Below, piece by piece: positions 38,578 through 52,005 of a stretch of DNA of 64,000 bases; position 1 is the stretch's first letter, and every line of letters starts with the position of its first letter. This stretch comes from Octopus vulgaris. Taxonomy: Eukaryota. A model generated the notes under the pieces. That model saw only the letters and a list, made by a program, of their open reading frames with translations, was not told the DNA's origin and made no database searches. Location of the stretch: contig OX597817.1 in NCBI GenBank assembly GCA_951406725.2, positions 172,670,001-172,734,000 on the forward strand, read 5' to 3'. A program made the translations under genes and the position numbers.

Positions 38578-39611
38578 GTATATATATATGGAAAAGGATG
38601 CGTGGCATTCGATCATATAATATAAATAATATATTAATATATGTACATATACATATAGATATATATATATATATGTATATATATGTATGTATATATACTT
38701 GGAAAAGGATGCGTGGCGTTCGATCATATAATATAAATAATATATTAATATATGTATATATACATACATATATATGTACATACCTACATCTATATGTATA
38801 TATACATGCATATATGGGTACAGGACATCAAAAAAAAAAAACGTTGAACACAATGAGAAATGAAAACATAGAAACCAACTTTTTATCAAACAATGAAAAA
38901 TCAGAGTACAAGACATACAACACAGGGAATATTCCCCTTCTTCAGTTGTCCCTGTTTCGTCTACTCTGCGTTCCGAAGGTAAGGACAAGATGCAACTTTG
39001 TTGAAGCAGTCCTTCCCGCAAAGCAAATTAAATAAAATTTGGGATTTTTTTGCGGCGGGTGAAAGTGGAAACAAGAACAGGACAGTGAGAAGAAAACAAG
39101 AAGTAAAAACAATAAAAGTAAAAACAGTAAGAGACAGAACAAAGAGAATAACACAGTAAAAACAAATGTGTGTGTATATATATGTATACTAGCAGTATCG
39201 CCCGGCGTTGCTCAGGTTTGTAAGGGAAATAACTATAAAGCATTTTTAGAGAGTTATAGCCAAAAAATAGAAAAAAAATGATGGTAAATTTTTTTCAGAG
39301 TTAAAAAAGGTGGAGTTGCGTCCCCTAGACGGTCTGTGGTTTGGGTTTCTGATTCTCGACCCCATGTCGAATTTATCGATTTTTTCAGAACTGGGGGAAC
39401 TTTTCAAAATTTTCGCTGCGTTAGTTTTGAATTATGACATTGGGCTATGTGTGTGTCAAGTTTCATCAGAATCGGTTGAAAGCCGTGGTCAGAGTGAGGG
39501 TACGAGAAAACAAACACACAGAAAACGCACAGACAAATGTGTGTGTATATATATGTATATATATATATGTGTAAACATATGTATATATGTGTATATATAT
39601 ATATATGTATA

Positions 39612-39654
<43 letters not shown>

Positions 39655-40354
39655 GACCCGTCGTTGCCGGGTCATAGTGCTAGTGCATGTATATATGTGT
39701 ATATATATGTGTACATATTACATGTACATCTATATATATATATACATCTACACATAAAATGCAAAATACAAAGTTATATCTTGAAATATCGCTAGTGATA
39801 ACAATACTCAAAATATATAACAGACTGGAATTGTTAGCTCTTCTTTTTTCTCTACGTTGTATACTTTATAGACAATAATCTTTTCTTTAATTTAATTTTT
39901 TATTATCCATCTGGACTATTCCATTTCTGCACGCTAATTTTATTTTTAATTTATTTCCATTCATGTGAAACCATTTATTCAAGTTAAAATCATTGATGCA
40001 ATTTTATACCAATTGCTATTTTTACTTTTTTTTTCATGTTACGATTATATTATACTTTAGTTTGATTTTAATTATTACTTACTACATATAATTCAATTGT
40101 TATTATTATTTTTATTGTTAATGTGAAAGTATCTGACATAAAATAGAGAAATGTTTTTGTTTCACTTTTAACACGTAATACTGAAATAGTGGAGAAGATA
40201 TGATATTGCTATGGGCTCGCTCTAGACAAGAAGTTGAACATGGACCCTAAGTAAGGCATGTGTAAAATTTGAATTAAATTGGTTATGTAGTTCTCAAGTT
40301 TTAGGGAAACACACAGACAGACAGACACACATTCTCAGTTTTATATATATAAAG
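37895..40354 (-). mobile_element. Cluster of two further related Helitron-like copies (~37895-38528 and ~39685-40354)
   Basis: Shared blocks 38262-38520 / 40120-40354 with a TC(T)TATATA 5'-end motif on the minus strand. A duplicated gcatgtatatatgtg.. block occurs at 37895 and 39685. An isolated hairpin+CTAG lies at 39655-39683 (+). Confidence 0.55.
39189..39537 (-). mobile_element. Non-autonomous Helitron, near-identical to 49359-49741, with its 5' end lost in a microsatellite
   Basis: The shared body starts ctagcagtatcgcccggcgttgctcagg. Confidence 0.85.
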
Positions 40355-40386
<32 letters not shown>

Positions 40387-40599
40387 TTATGTATATATAT
40401 GTATCCCCGAAAGTGTTGGTGAAAATCTGTAAGGTCAGTCCTGTGCTCATAGGATTCTCCAGTTTAGCTTGAGTCTGCACTGTCCACTCCATTATGCTGT
40501 GTGTTAGCCAGTGTATTTGTCTGAACAGGTAGTTCTTTCCTTTATTACTGAAGGGTTTGCTGTCCTAAGCTCACATCTGCTTCGCCATTGTTCCTTTAT

Positions 40600-41005
40600 C
40601 TCTTTTACTCTTTTACTTGTTTCAGTCATTGGACTGCGGCCATGCTGGAGCACCACCTTTAGTCGAGCAAATTGACCCCGGGACTTATTCTTTGTAAGCC
40701 CACTACTTATTCTATTGGTCTCTTTTGCCGAACCGCTAAGTGACGGGGACGTAAACACACCAGCATCGGTTGGTCAAGCAATGCTAGGGGGACAAACACA
40801 AACACACACACACACATACATATATATATATACATATATACGACAGGCTTCTTTCAGTTTCTGTCTACCAAATCCACTCACAAGGCTTTGGTTGGCCCGA
40901 GGCTATAGCAGAAGACACTTGCCCAAGATGCCACGCAGTGGGACTGAACCCAGAACCATGTGGTTGGTAGGCAAGCTACTTATCACACAGCCACTCCTGC
41001 GCCTA
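40600..41005 (-). mobile_element. SINE family A
   Basis: Reverse-complement full-length match. Other minus copies lie near 7740-8115, 23360-23790, 24700-25603, 47000-47445, 48650-49055 and 57780-58152. Confidence 0.9.
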
Positions 41006-41829
41006 TGTTAATATTATAGTTAATATTTTTTTTGTTTTTGCTGCTGTTTGTCCAGGTTGCCTTGATAGAACAGACAGACCTATCATCAAGGTGTTCCACC
41101 CATGTCCATCCCATCTTTTATTCAGACAGTGTATCTAGGACTATGTGCTAGCCAATGTGTCCTTCCTTTTCATTTAAGCTGTAGGATGGGATTTGAGAAA
41201 CAATCATCTGCTATTTCTAGCAAGGTGAGCATACACCATTGATTTTGTATTTTATCTGTTTAGAAAAGCAGTCAACTTCAGTTGTTTTAGTGATTGCAAT
41301 AGATGTTAATTAGTTAATTACTAATGGTTTATGAAGGATGTCATTGTCCAATTGAGGATAGAAGTAGTGGAGCTTTTTTTTTTTTTTAACCTTTTTTTCC
41401 TTTGTTTTGTTTTATTTTATTTTTTTGTACATTTCAAATGAATAATGTGTGGAATTCAAAAGAAATGCCGGTGAAACATGGTGGTATTGTTATTGTATTG
41501 GTGGATGACCACCAGATATTGATATTTTAAATGTGATCAGTGACTGAATAATAGAAAAAAAAGCAAACCCATCAAAAACTCTACAATTGTTTGGAATGAT
41601 TCCTGGTTCCTTGTGTCCATTCTGTTCATATTTTGCATTCTCAGTGTCAGCCAATTCATATAAAACAATTTACGTGTGGCTAACATGAATGCATTATCAA
41701 AAATATATTTCTTTATCTTATTTATTTTTTGTTTGTTAATTTTCACTTTTGTTTATTTGTTTTTGTTGTTTTTATGTATGGTATGTTTATTTATTTATTT
41801 ATTTATTCGTTTATTTTTCTCTATTGCAG

Positions 41830-41902
41830 AAGTGTCTGAGGGGAGAGAAACATTAACTGAAGGAAGGCATGAGTTCAATTTTGCTTTTGATCTCCCAATG
41901 GG
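41830..41902 (+). CDS. Internal coding exon (73 nt) of an alpha-arrestin / arrestin-domain-containing protein (ARRDC/TXNIP-like)
   Basis: A long T-rich tract and ttgcag acceptor end at 41829; the donor is gg|gtaaat. It encodes (E)VSEGRETLTEGRHEFNFAFDLPMG, matching the arrestin-N motif GxHEFxFxFxLP. Starts phase 1, ends phase 2. Confidence 0.9.
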
Positions 41903-42484
41903 GTAAATTTTCTGTAAATTATTATGATTATATAAATATTTGTTTTGTAAAAAAAAAAAAAAAGCCAAATAACTTATACTGAATTTAATTTTATTCTGAT
42001 TTTATTAAAACTTGAAAATATTTCTAAAATTCTAACAACTTAAATTTTGAAAATCTACTTATTTGGCAAATGACCTGGTCTTGGATTGTATGTTGAAACT
42101 GAATGAGTTACATTGTGAAAGAGTTATTTTGATTGTTCCTAAATAATTCTTCTGTAATGGCTTAACCCTTCATCATTCAGATTACTCTGCCAAATGTAAT
42201 ACTTATTTATTCACACTGCTTTGAATTAATCATAAATTATCTCGTAGTTTCAAGATTTCACTGACGTGATTGTTTATTTTTAGAATGACATTGTAGGGTA
42301 TGTGTGACAGCTTGGATCTGGCCAGTTTGAACATAAAACAGATAGAATATCTGGGCTGGCTGCAGAGTGTTTGGGCTAAATTTGACAGTTTGCACATAAG
42401 GGAAAAGAAACAATATGTCATCCAAAAATAAAAATATTTTTGAAAAAATCATAAAATTGTCAACTAGATTATGGCTGGGAGGTA

Positions 42485-42800
42485 GCAGTTGAATCCAAGT
42501 AGCCACCCTCAGCTTTCAACATGGCCTGAAGTTGGCTCTGGAACCTGGTGCATGTGCTCCTCACTGTGTGTGCCCCTGGGAAGCTCTTCAAACACCTCCC
42601 TGGTCTTGTCCATCAGCTCAGCCTTGATATTTCAAGTAGGACGGTTGGTGTCTTTCTCAGCTGCATCCCACACATAATAATCCATCGGATTACAATCAAG
42701 GGAATTAGGAGGCCAGAAATTGGAACTGGTAGAATTGTAGAAATTCTCCAACAACCACTTCTGACCATTTCCCGAGGTATGGCCAAAGCATATGGCTTTC
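42485..42800 (-). mobile_element. Tc1/mariner (maT/DD37D-like) transposase C-terminal relic
   Basis: Minus strand gives QKWLLENF..FWPPNSLDCNPMDYYVWDAAEK..LQAMLKAEGGY. Confidence 0.75.
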
Positions 42801-42989
42801 TGGCAGCTTCATGGTGGTGACTTCAACACTCAGTTCTCTTACTTGGATCTTTCATCACCTTGTCCTGCAGTGGTTGGATGGAAGATGTTCAATTTCCTGT
42901 CTAGTGCCTTAGTCAGAAGCCATGACTGACAGCCATAGAGGAAGTTAGAAAATATGATGCTTGGGAACAGCTGGATTTTGACCTTCCTA

Positions 42990-43510
42990 CTGATGTTGTG
43001 TGTTTTAGAGATTCATTAAGGATCTCAAATTGAAAATATTGTGTATGAACAGGGACAGGTGACACTGACTTTTTTTTCAGTTCAGTCAGGTGTGAGACAA
43101 GGTTGCATACTCTCACCCTTTTAATTCACACTTGTTGTTGATTATATTCTGCTAAAGTTTCTAGGTCATCACAATGGACTTGCATGGACTGCATTTCACT
43201 GTAAGTTGGCACTTATTGCTGAAGGCAAAGCAGAAATGACCAACAGCTTATTGCTGAAAAAACTAGGTTTGACCATTAGTGTTGAAAAAAGATCGAAGTA
43301 ATGAGATGGGCAATGATCTATTAAGAACTCAATCTCTGTGGATGATCCCGTAGAAGAATGTGAAGAATTCATATAACTTGGCAGTAACATCCAGTTGTAA
43401 TGGAGATGTGGAGAAAGAAGTCAACATTAAGGTTGGTAGCGCTAACAGTGCCCTTCTCAAATTCGGAAGACTGGTGCAACGAAAAATAAAAATACAAACA
43501 TTTCTTGAAA
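42990..43510 (+). mobile_element. Decayed LINE RT fragment
   Basis: SGVRQGCILSP at ~43085-43120 and VEECEEF..LGSNI..DVEKEVNIKVGSA further on. Confidence 0.65.
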
Positions 43511-44413
43511 AACATGTAAGCAACAAGAAGAGTAGCTGGCTGTAAAACAGTGCCTCAGTACATATTCATCCAGCCCAGGGTAGCATGGAAAAAAAAAACA
43601 AGCATCTCATTATTTCTTAATTCAGGGCTATATTTTGCCCAGCATTGGTGTGATATGAGTACAGTAGGGTTAACTGCAGTTTTTTTTTCCTCGTGAATAT
43701 TTATCTAAATAATTATGTAATATTTTCATATTCCAAAATATTACCTATATATATATATATATATAAATACATACACACACACACACATATATTCTTGAAG
43801 TTGATAACGGGTGATGACAGAGGAAAGGTAAACAATTTGTGCCTATATGTTATTTAAGCACGACTGTTTAGAAAGATGGTAGATAGCTTTTGGTTAATTT
43901 ATTTTGGTTTGGATATCGTTTTTGTTTCTTCTTTTTAAAAATTATTTACACTTTCGGCATGTAACTTATTTCTGAATGTGAAAAATATGTTCCCATACAA
44001 ATTGAAACCCTCTATCTTCTTATTTTCCCTTTAGTCTTCTAGGTTAGGTGAGAAATATGGTTTATGATTTACTATCGTGATACAGTTTACTCGTCATTGT
44101 TTAACATCCGCCTTCCATGCTGGCATGGGTTAGATGGTTTGACAGGAGCTGGCTTAGCAGAAGACTGCGCCATACTTCCATGTCTGTTTTGGCATGGTTT
44201 TTACGGCTGGATGCCTTTCCTAACACCAACCACTCTGCAGGAGTGGACTGAGTGCTTTTTACGTGGCACCAGCACAGGCAAGGTCAGTTTTGGCAGGATT
44301 TTTACAGCTGGATGCCCTTCCAAATGCCACCCACTTAACAGTGTGGACTGGATGCTTTTTTACATGGCACCAGCACTGGCAAGGTTACCAAGTAACTTGC
44401 AAGATACTTTACT

Positions 44414-45110
44414 CATCATCATCATCATCATCCTAGTCAGGTGTTGCTTTATGCAATGCTCTGGTCATCGCAATGTTTTGCCACCATCTCCTGTCCTCTA
44501 CCCCAGGGACAGCTGAGAATAAAGACAATCCTGTGGCTGCGATGTCTTTCAGCCAAGAAGTGGGTGGTCTGCCTCTTTTACGTCTGCCGGTCACCTTGCC
44601 AGTTATGATCGTTCGCTCAAGTTCATCCTGGCGCATGACATGGCCAAAGAACTGTAGCTTCCGCTTCATGATGTTTCGCTGAAGCGTCATCTTACAACTG
44701 AGCTTTTCTAGTACCTAGTTGTTTGTCCTTCTCTCCGTCCACGACACTCTAAGGATTCTGCGGTAACCCCACATTTCAAAAGCGCTTACTCTTTTCTTGT
44801 CTGCCTTCAACATTGTCCACGACTCGCAGCCGTACGTCGCAATAGAGAAAGTGGCAGCCCAAAGTAGCCTTATCTTCAGCAGCATTGACATGCCACAACT
44901 CTTCCAGACGTTCTCCATTTCTTGTCCCACTTGCCTCGCTATCGCGAGCCTTCTCCGTATCTCTGGTGTACTTGATCCACTGGTGCTGATTGTGGATCCC
45001 AAGTACACAAAATCATCCACTTCCTGAATCATCTCTCCATCTACGGTGAAGTCACCGTGGTCTGTCCTGTACTTAGCCACCACCAAGATCTTTGTCCAAA
45101 ATAAGTACAG
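44414..45110 (-). mobile_element. Young 5'-truncated RTE-clade LINE (C-terminal part of the RT ORF)
   Basis: FVYLGS..YGCESWT..FEMWGYRRILRVSW..FFGHVMR..RKRGRP with one in-frame stop, a (GAT)n tail, and TSD gatactttact at 44403-44413 and 45111-45121. Confidence 0.92.
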
Positions 45111-45495
45111 GATACTTTACTACTGGAAAAAAAAGAAAAGTCCCTGCACATTACTGTCTCATGTCCTAGGACTTATAATGCTGTTTACTGGGTTTCCATG
45201 ACACATAAGTGACCGAGATCACAACACTCTTTGAACAGTAACCCAGTGAACTGAAAGGTACCCACTTACAGCTGAGGGAACTGAAGCAATGTGAAATGAA
45301 GAGCTTTGTTTAAGAACACACCACACCACCCAGTTCAGGAACTGAAACAGCAATCTTGCAGTTGTGAGTGCAACACACTAACCTACTGAGCCACATGCCT
45401 TCACTTACTACAAGATAGTTCAGATGTGAAATATTTACTTGAAGATCAAACTATGCTTTTTATGGGAGAACTAAAAAAATTAAGGTAACAAATAG

Positions 45496-45880
45496 GTGCA
45501 GGTGTGGCATGTGATAAGAACTTCACTTCCTAACCACATGGTTCCAGGTTCAGTCCCACTGCATGGCACCTTGGGCAAGTGTCTTCTACTATAGCCTCAG
45601 GTCAGCCAAAGCCTTGTGAGTGGATTTGGTAGATGGAAACTGAAACAAGCCTGTTGTGTATATATATGTGCATGTGTGTTTGTTCCACCACCACCACCAC
45701 CACCATTTGATAACTGGTGTTGGTGTGTTTACATCCCTGTAACTTAGCGTTTGGCAAAAGAGACCAATAGAATAAGTACCAGACTAAAAATAAGTACTGG
45801 GGCAGATTAATTTGACTAGAAATTCTTCAAGGTGGTGCCCCAGCATGGCCACAGTCTAATGACCGAAACAAGTAAAAGAT
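45496..45880 (+). mobile_element. SINE family A
   Basis: Full-length match. Confidence 0.85.
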
Positions 45881-46206
45881 AGATAAATATATAAAATTAA
45901 TTTGTGTGGTAAAGAAGTTTGCTTTGGAACCATGTGGTTCTGGGTTCGATCTCAGTGTAGAACCTTGGTGAGTGTATCTTGCTCTAGCCTTGCATTGGCT
46001 AGAATTTGGGACATGGAAACTGTGCATAAGACTATAATTTGTAATTGTATGTGTATGTGTTGTATGTATATGTACATGTGTGTGTATGTATATATGTGTA
46101 TGTATGTATATGTGTATCATCATCATCATCATTTAACATGCATTTTCCATGCTGTTGTATGTATATAAATATATGTGTGTGTATAACTTTGCATATATAT
46201 ATATGT

Positions 46207-46442
46207 GGAGGCGTAATGGCCCAGTGGTTAGGGCAGCGGACTTGCGGTCGGAGGATCGCGGTTTCGATTCCCAGACCGGGCGTTGTGTGTGTTTATTGAG
46301 CGAAAACACCTAAAAGCTCCACGAGGCTCCGGCAGGGGATGGTGGTGATCCCTGCTGTACTCTTTCACCACTCTAAAGGCGGTGCTCCAGCATGGCCGCA
46401 GTCAAATGACTGAAACAAGTACAAAAAAAAAAAAAAAAAAAA
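46207..46442 (+). mobile_element. Chimeric SINE (family B head + family A 3' end + poly-A)
   Basis: B sequence runs to ..ctctttcacca (46370), followed by ctaaaggcggtgctccagcatggccgcagtc.. and an A-run. Confidence 0.8.
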
Positions 46443-46632
46443 TGTGTGTGTGTATATAAATGTATGTATATACATGCTACATATGTGTGCATGCGTGTAT
46501 GTGTATACATCCTCATCATTATCATTTAACATCTGTTTTCCATGCTGACATGGGTTATGCATGTAGTGTATGTATGTATATAAATATATGTGTGCATAAC
46601 TGTTTGTATATGGGTGTATAAATATATATATG

Positions 46633-46663
<31 letters not shown>

Positions 46664-48083
46664 TGTGTGTGTATGTACATGTAAATAAATAAATATATAT
46701 ATAATGTATACACATGCATTCAAAATTTTAATATTGAATTTATATACACATACATACACTCTGACATGTATACACATTCACTCAAAATTTTAATACCATA
46801 CATGTACATATACACACATACATAGACAAATGTGTAGAATTCTGCGACATTAATTTTTAAGCATAATCAAGTTATGAGGAAGCTACCATTGTAGTCTTCA
46901 CTGTCACATCTCGTTGGCTGATTTTCTTTCAAACACTTCTTTCTTTCTTTCATTCATTTATCTTTTTATATGGCTTCTACCGTTTTTCGCCTTTTGTCTT
47001 TTTCTCTCTTACTTGCTTTAGTCGTTCGATTGTGGCCATGCTGGGGCAACACCTCGAAGGGTTTTAGTCAAAGAAATCAACTTCAGGACTTACTTGTTTC
47101 TTTAAAGTTTGGTACTTGTTCTGTTGGGTCTCTTTCGCTGAGCCACTAAGTTGTGGAGATGTAAACAAACCAACACCAGTTGTCAAGCATTATCAGGGTG
47201 TGTGTGTGTGTGTGTATGACAAATAGAAAGACACACACACATTCACACACACATGCATACATACACTCACATACATGCACAGTATGCTTCCTCACAGTTT
47301 CCATCTAGTAAATTCACTCATAGGACATTGGTTAATCTGGGACTGTAGTAGAAGATATTTTACCACAGTGCTGTGTAGTGAGACTGAACCTGAAACTGTG
47401 TGGTTCCAAAGCAACCTTCTTAACGACCTGGCTATACCTGCACCTACATTTACCCCTCTTTTACTATTTTTCTGTTATTTTCTGTTATTGGACTGCAGCC
47501 ATGGACTGGGGCACCAACTTCTAGGTGTTCAGTCAATCATAATGGAACCTCACCCCATCAGTGCTTGTTTCAGTTTAGTAACTTAGTTAATCAGGCTCTA
47601 TTTGTCAAAGTGCTAAGTCACAGGACATAAAGTAGCAAAGTATAAACAACTGGCTTTCAGCCAGGTGGAAATTTAACATCCATGCACACACATATATATA
47701 TACACATTATATATATGCCTGTGTGTGTGTGTAAATAAAAGGGTAAACACCCCCTTCGGTCATGAATGACCATGGGATTACACCGAGAAAGTTGGACGCG
47801 GTTGTTTATGGAAGACCAGCAGTCATCCATGCATAACATCCTCCCCTCTCCATGCCACCAATGTTATCCAAGGGAAAGGCAAAGCCTAATACAGCTTGGC
47901 ACCAGTGATCTCGCAACTCATTTCTACAGCTAAATGAACTGGAACAACATGAAATAAAGTGTCTTGCTCAACAACACAACACACAGCCTAGTCCAGGAAT
48001 CGAACTCACTACTTCATGATTGTGAGCCCAATGTGCTAACCACTGAGCCATGCGCCATCACATATATATATATATATATGCAT

Positions 48084-48118
<35 letters not shown>

Positions 48119-48535
48119 GGGCAAGAATCTTCTACTATAGCCCCATGATGACCACAGCCTTGTGAGTGGATTTGATAGCCGGAAACCTATGTATGTACAT
48201 GTGTGTGTATGTTGGTGTCTCCTTGCCTTGGCGTCACCCAGTAGTTGTAAATGTGTGTCACTGTCATGCAAGCAGTGTCATTCATTTCAAATCTTCCATG
48301 AAAACACATCTGTACATGGGGAAATATTTATGTTGCTTGGAAACAGATGAGAGCTGGTGACAGGAAAGTTATACAGTCACAGGAAATCACAGAAAATCTG
48401 CCTCAATGAATTTTGTCTGATCTATGCAAGCATGGAAAAAGGGATGTTGAAACAATTGTGATATATGCATATATGTATATATGTGTATGCATATATATAT
48501 ATATATATATATATACATACATATACGTACGTATA

Positions 48536-49343
48536 CAGTAATGCCTTGATATTCGAGTTAATTTGTTCTCGGAGACCACTCATAAAGCAGAGCAATAATT
48601 TCCCATAGTAGCAATGTTATAAATTGTAATTTGTTCTTAGAAAAATATTCTTTACTCTTTAACTTGTTTCAGTCATTTGACTGTGGCCATGCTGGAGCAC
48701 GGCCTTTAGTCGAGCAAATCGGCTCCAGGACTTATTCTTTGTAAGCCTGTTACTTATTCTATCGGTCTCTTTTGCCAAACTGCTAAGTTACAGGGACATA
48801 AACACACCAGCATCGGTTGTCAGGCGATGTTGGGGGACAAACACAAACATATACACACACACATACACACACATACACATACATACATACATATATATAC
48901 ACTACAGGCTTCTTTCAGTTTCCGTCTCCGAAATCCACTCACAAGGCTTTAGTCAGCCCGAGGCTATAGTAGAAGACATTTGCCCAAGGTGTCACGCAGT
49001 GGGACTGAACCCGGGACCATGTGGTTTGTAAGCAGGCTACTTACCACACAGCCACATAATACTTATAAATAAATAGCAATAAAACAACAGTAGAGTGTAA
49101 AGAATATTTTATGTGAAGAGATGGACTTGTAGATTTCTTTTTAAAAAAACAAGTCTAAAGTTGTTTGTTTAGAATCTTTCTTTAAACTCTATATAAATTT
49201 CTTAGTAATACGCAGAAGCATTTGTTACGATAGTAGACACTCTTGCACTTTGTTCAAAATTTGGATTTTTATATTTATTATGAAATAAAACTCATAAACC
49301 TGGGGTCTCATAAAGTGGGTCCTTGTAAAGTGAAGTATTACTG
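48536..49343. mobile_element. Tigger/pogo-like MITE with a nested SINE
   Basis: TA|cagtaatg..tattactg|TA termini. A family-A SINE lies inside at ~48650-49055. Confidence 0.45.
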
Positions 49344-49358
49344 TATATATATATTGTA

Positions 49359-49741
49359 CTAGCAGTATCGCCCGGCGTTGCTCAGGTTTGTAAGGGAAAT
49401 AACTATAAAGCATTTTTAGAGAGTTATAGCCAAAAAATAGCAAAAAAAACGGGAAAAAAATGATGGTAAATTTTTTTGAGAGTTAAAAAAGGTGGAGTTG
49501 CGTCCCCTAGACGGTCTGTGGTTTGGGCTTCTGATTCTCGACCCCATGTCGAATTTATCGATTTTTTTCAGAACTGGGGGAACTTTTCAAAATTTTCGCT
49601 GCGTTAGTTTTGAATTATGACATTGGGCTATGTGTGTGTCAAGTTTCATCAGAATCGGTTGAAAGCCGTGGTCAGGGTGAGGGTACAAGCAAACAGACAC
49701 ACAGAAACACACACAGACAAACTGCCGTTTATATAGAGAGA
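49359..49741 (-). mobile_element. Non-autonomous Helitron
   Basis: Minus strand TC..CTAG inserted at an AT site, with the same 3' hairpin as 11613-12003. Confidence 0.85.
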
Positions 49742-50289
49742 TGTATGTCTGTTTATGTGTATGTTTATATTTGTACCTTTTCAAAAACTGGTGTTCACCT
49801 TGATGGTGGTACCCCAGCATGGCCACAGTCCAGTTACTGAAAGCAGTAAGTAAGTAATACATGTCAAGGCCATACAACTAGACAGATAAATAAATAAATG
49901 AAAGAGTGTTCAATATCGAAGAAGCAACAGGCAAGATGCTGTTGCTAGGACTTGACAATAGCAACCAACTCCTCATAGCTAGCTTACAGTAAAAAAATAA
50001 AAAAAATTGATATCACACATTGCTAGACATGATAGATAGTCACAATCTATTTGAAACAAGAGCTATTAATTTTATAGATTTGGATTGATGATATTTTATA
50101 GATTTGGATTGATGATTGATGAATAGAGCTTGCCGATAAATCATTGCACAGCTTTTCTATACTCTTGTATATAACATATGAGATCTACAAGGAAACTTCA
50201 TGGTAAAATGTGCTGTTGTTCTGTTTTCAAAATAACATTCCACAAAGAAGAGCTACCTTGCATTATTATTATTATTATTATTATTATTT

Positions 50290-51735
50290 AGGTGGCGAGC
50301 TGGGAGAATTGTTAGCATGCTGGGAGAAATGCTTAGCGGTATTGTGTCTGCCGCTACGTTCTGAGTTCAAATTCCACCGAGGTCGACTTTGTCTTTCATC
50401 CTTTCGGAGTCAATTAAATAAGTACCAGTTATGCACTGGGGTCGATATAATCGACTTAATCTGTTTGTCTCTCCTTGTTTGTCCTCTCTGTGTTTAGCCC
50501 CTTGTGGGTAGTAAAGAAATAGGTATTTCATCTGTTGCCACATTCTGAGTTTAAATTCTGCTGAGGTCAACTTTGCCTTTCATCCTTTTGGAGTTGATAA
50601 ATTAAGTAGCAGTTACGCACTGGGTCAATGTAATCGACTCATCCCCTCCCACCAAAATTGCTGCCCTTGTGGCAAAATTTGAAACTATCATTATTATTCA
50701 GGTGGTGCACCGGCTGAATTGTTAGCATGCCGGACAAAATGTTTAGTATTTCGCTCATCACTGTGTTCTGAGTTCAAATTCTGTCAAAGTAGGCGCAGGA
50801 GTGGCTGTGTGGTATGTAGCTTGTTTACCAACCACATGGTTCCGGGTTCAATCCCACTGCATGGCACTTTGGGCAAGTGTCTTCTACTATAGCCTCGGGT
50901 CGACCAAAGCCTTGTGAGTGGATTTGGTAGACGGAAGCTGAAAGAAGCCCGTCATATATATGTATATGTATATATATATGTGTATGTTTGTTTGTGTGTC
51001 TGTGTTTGTCCCCCCCAACATCGCTTGACAACCGATGCTGGTGTGTATACATCCCCGTAACTTAGCAGTTCGGCAAAAGAGACCGATAGAATAAGTCCTG
51101 GGGTCAATTTGCTCGAATAAAGGTAGTGCTCCAGCATGGCTACAGTCAAATGACTGAAACAAGTAAAGAGTTACCTTTCATCCTTTTGGGGTTGATAAAG
51201 TAAGTACCAGTTACACACTGGGGTTGATGTAATCAACTATCCCCCTCCCCGAAATTTCAGGCCTTGTGCCTATAGTAGAAAGGACTATTTGAAGACTGCA
51301 AGCTGGCAGAACCGTTAGCATGGTGGGTACAATGCTTAGCAGCATTTTGTCTGTTCTTAGGTTCTGAGTTCAAATTCTGCTGAGGTTGACTTCACCTTTC
51401 ATCCTTTTGGGGTTGATGAAATAAGCACCAGTGGAACACTGAGGTCAATATAATCGACAAACCCCCTCCCCACAAAAATTTCAGGCCTTGTGCCTTTAGT
51501 AAAATGAATTATTATTATTATTAAGGTGGCAAGCTGGCAGAATCGTTAGCATGCTGGGCAAAATGCTTAGCAGCATTTCGTCCATCTTTATGTTTTGAGT
51601 TCAAATTCTGCTGAAGTCAGTTTTGCCTTTCATCTCTTCAGGGTCGATAAATTAAGCACCAGTGGAACACTGGGATCAATGTAGTTAACTTGTCCCTTTC
51701 CTCAAATTTCAGGCCTTGTGGCTATAGTAGAAAGG

Positions 51736-51784
<49 letters not shown>

Positions 51785-52005
51785 GGTGGTGTGCTGGCAG
51801 TCATTAGCTCATTTGGGTGAAAAGCTAAGTGGTATTTCATCTGTCGCTACATTCTGAGCTCAAGTTCCTCTGAGGTCAACTTTGCCTTTCATCCTTTCAG
51901 GGTCAATAAATTAAGTACCAGTCAAGTACTGGGTTGATGTGATTGTTTGTCTTCCTCCCCACAAAAATCCAGGCCTTGTGCCCATAGTAGAAAGGATTAT
52001 CATTA
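50290..52005 (+). mobile_element. Head-to-tail cluster of ~6 family-D SINEs (Meta-domain-like core)
   Basis: Repeated gctggcagaa..ttagca..gagttcaaatt..gcctttcatcctttcggggtcgataaattaagtaccag with (TTA)n tails. A solo copy lies at 33118-33352. Confidence 0.85.
50791..51170 (+). mobile_element. SINE family A nested in a family-D SINE
   Basis: It splits a D copy (50700-50790 / 51171-51288) and carries a private deletion at gaataagt|cctgggg. Confidence 0.9.

Noticed and set aside
38925-38990. Permuted hammerhead in the element at 38816-39170 (-) and its relative at 13875-14010 (+), containing ctgaagaagg / ctgatgaagg
   Set aside because: No correctly placed GAAA..UH with pairing stems could be built. 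It may be a decayed relative, but it is unsupported.
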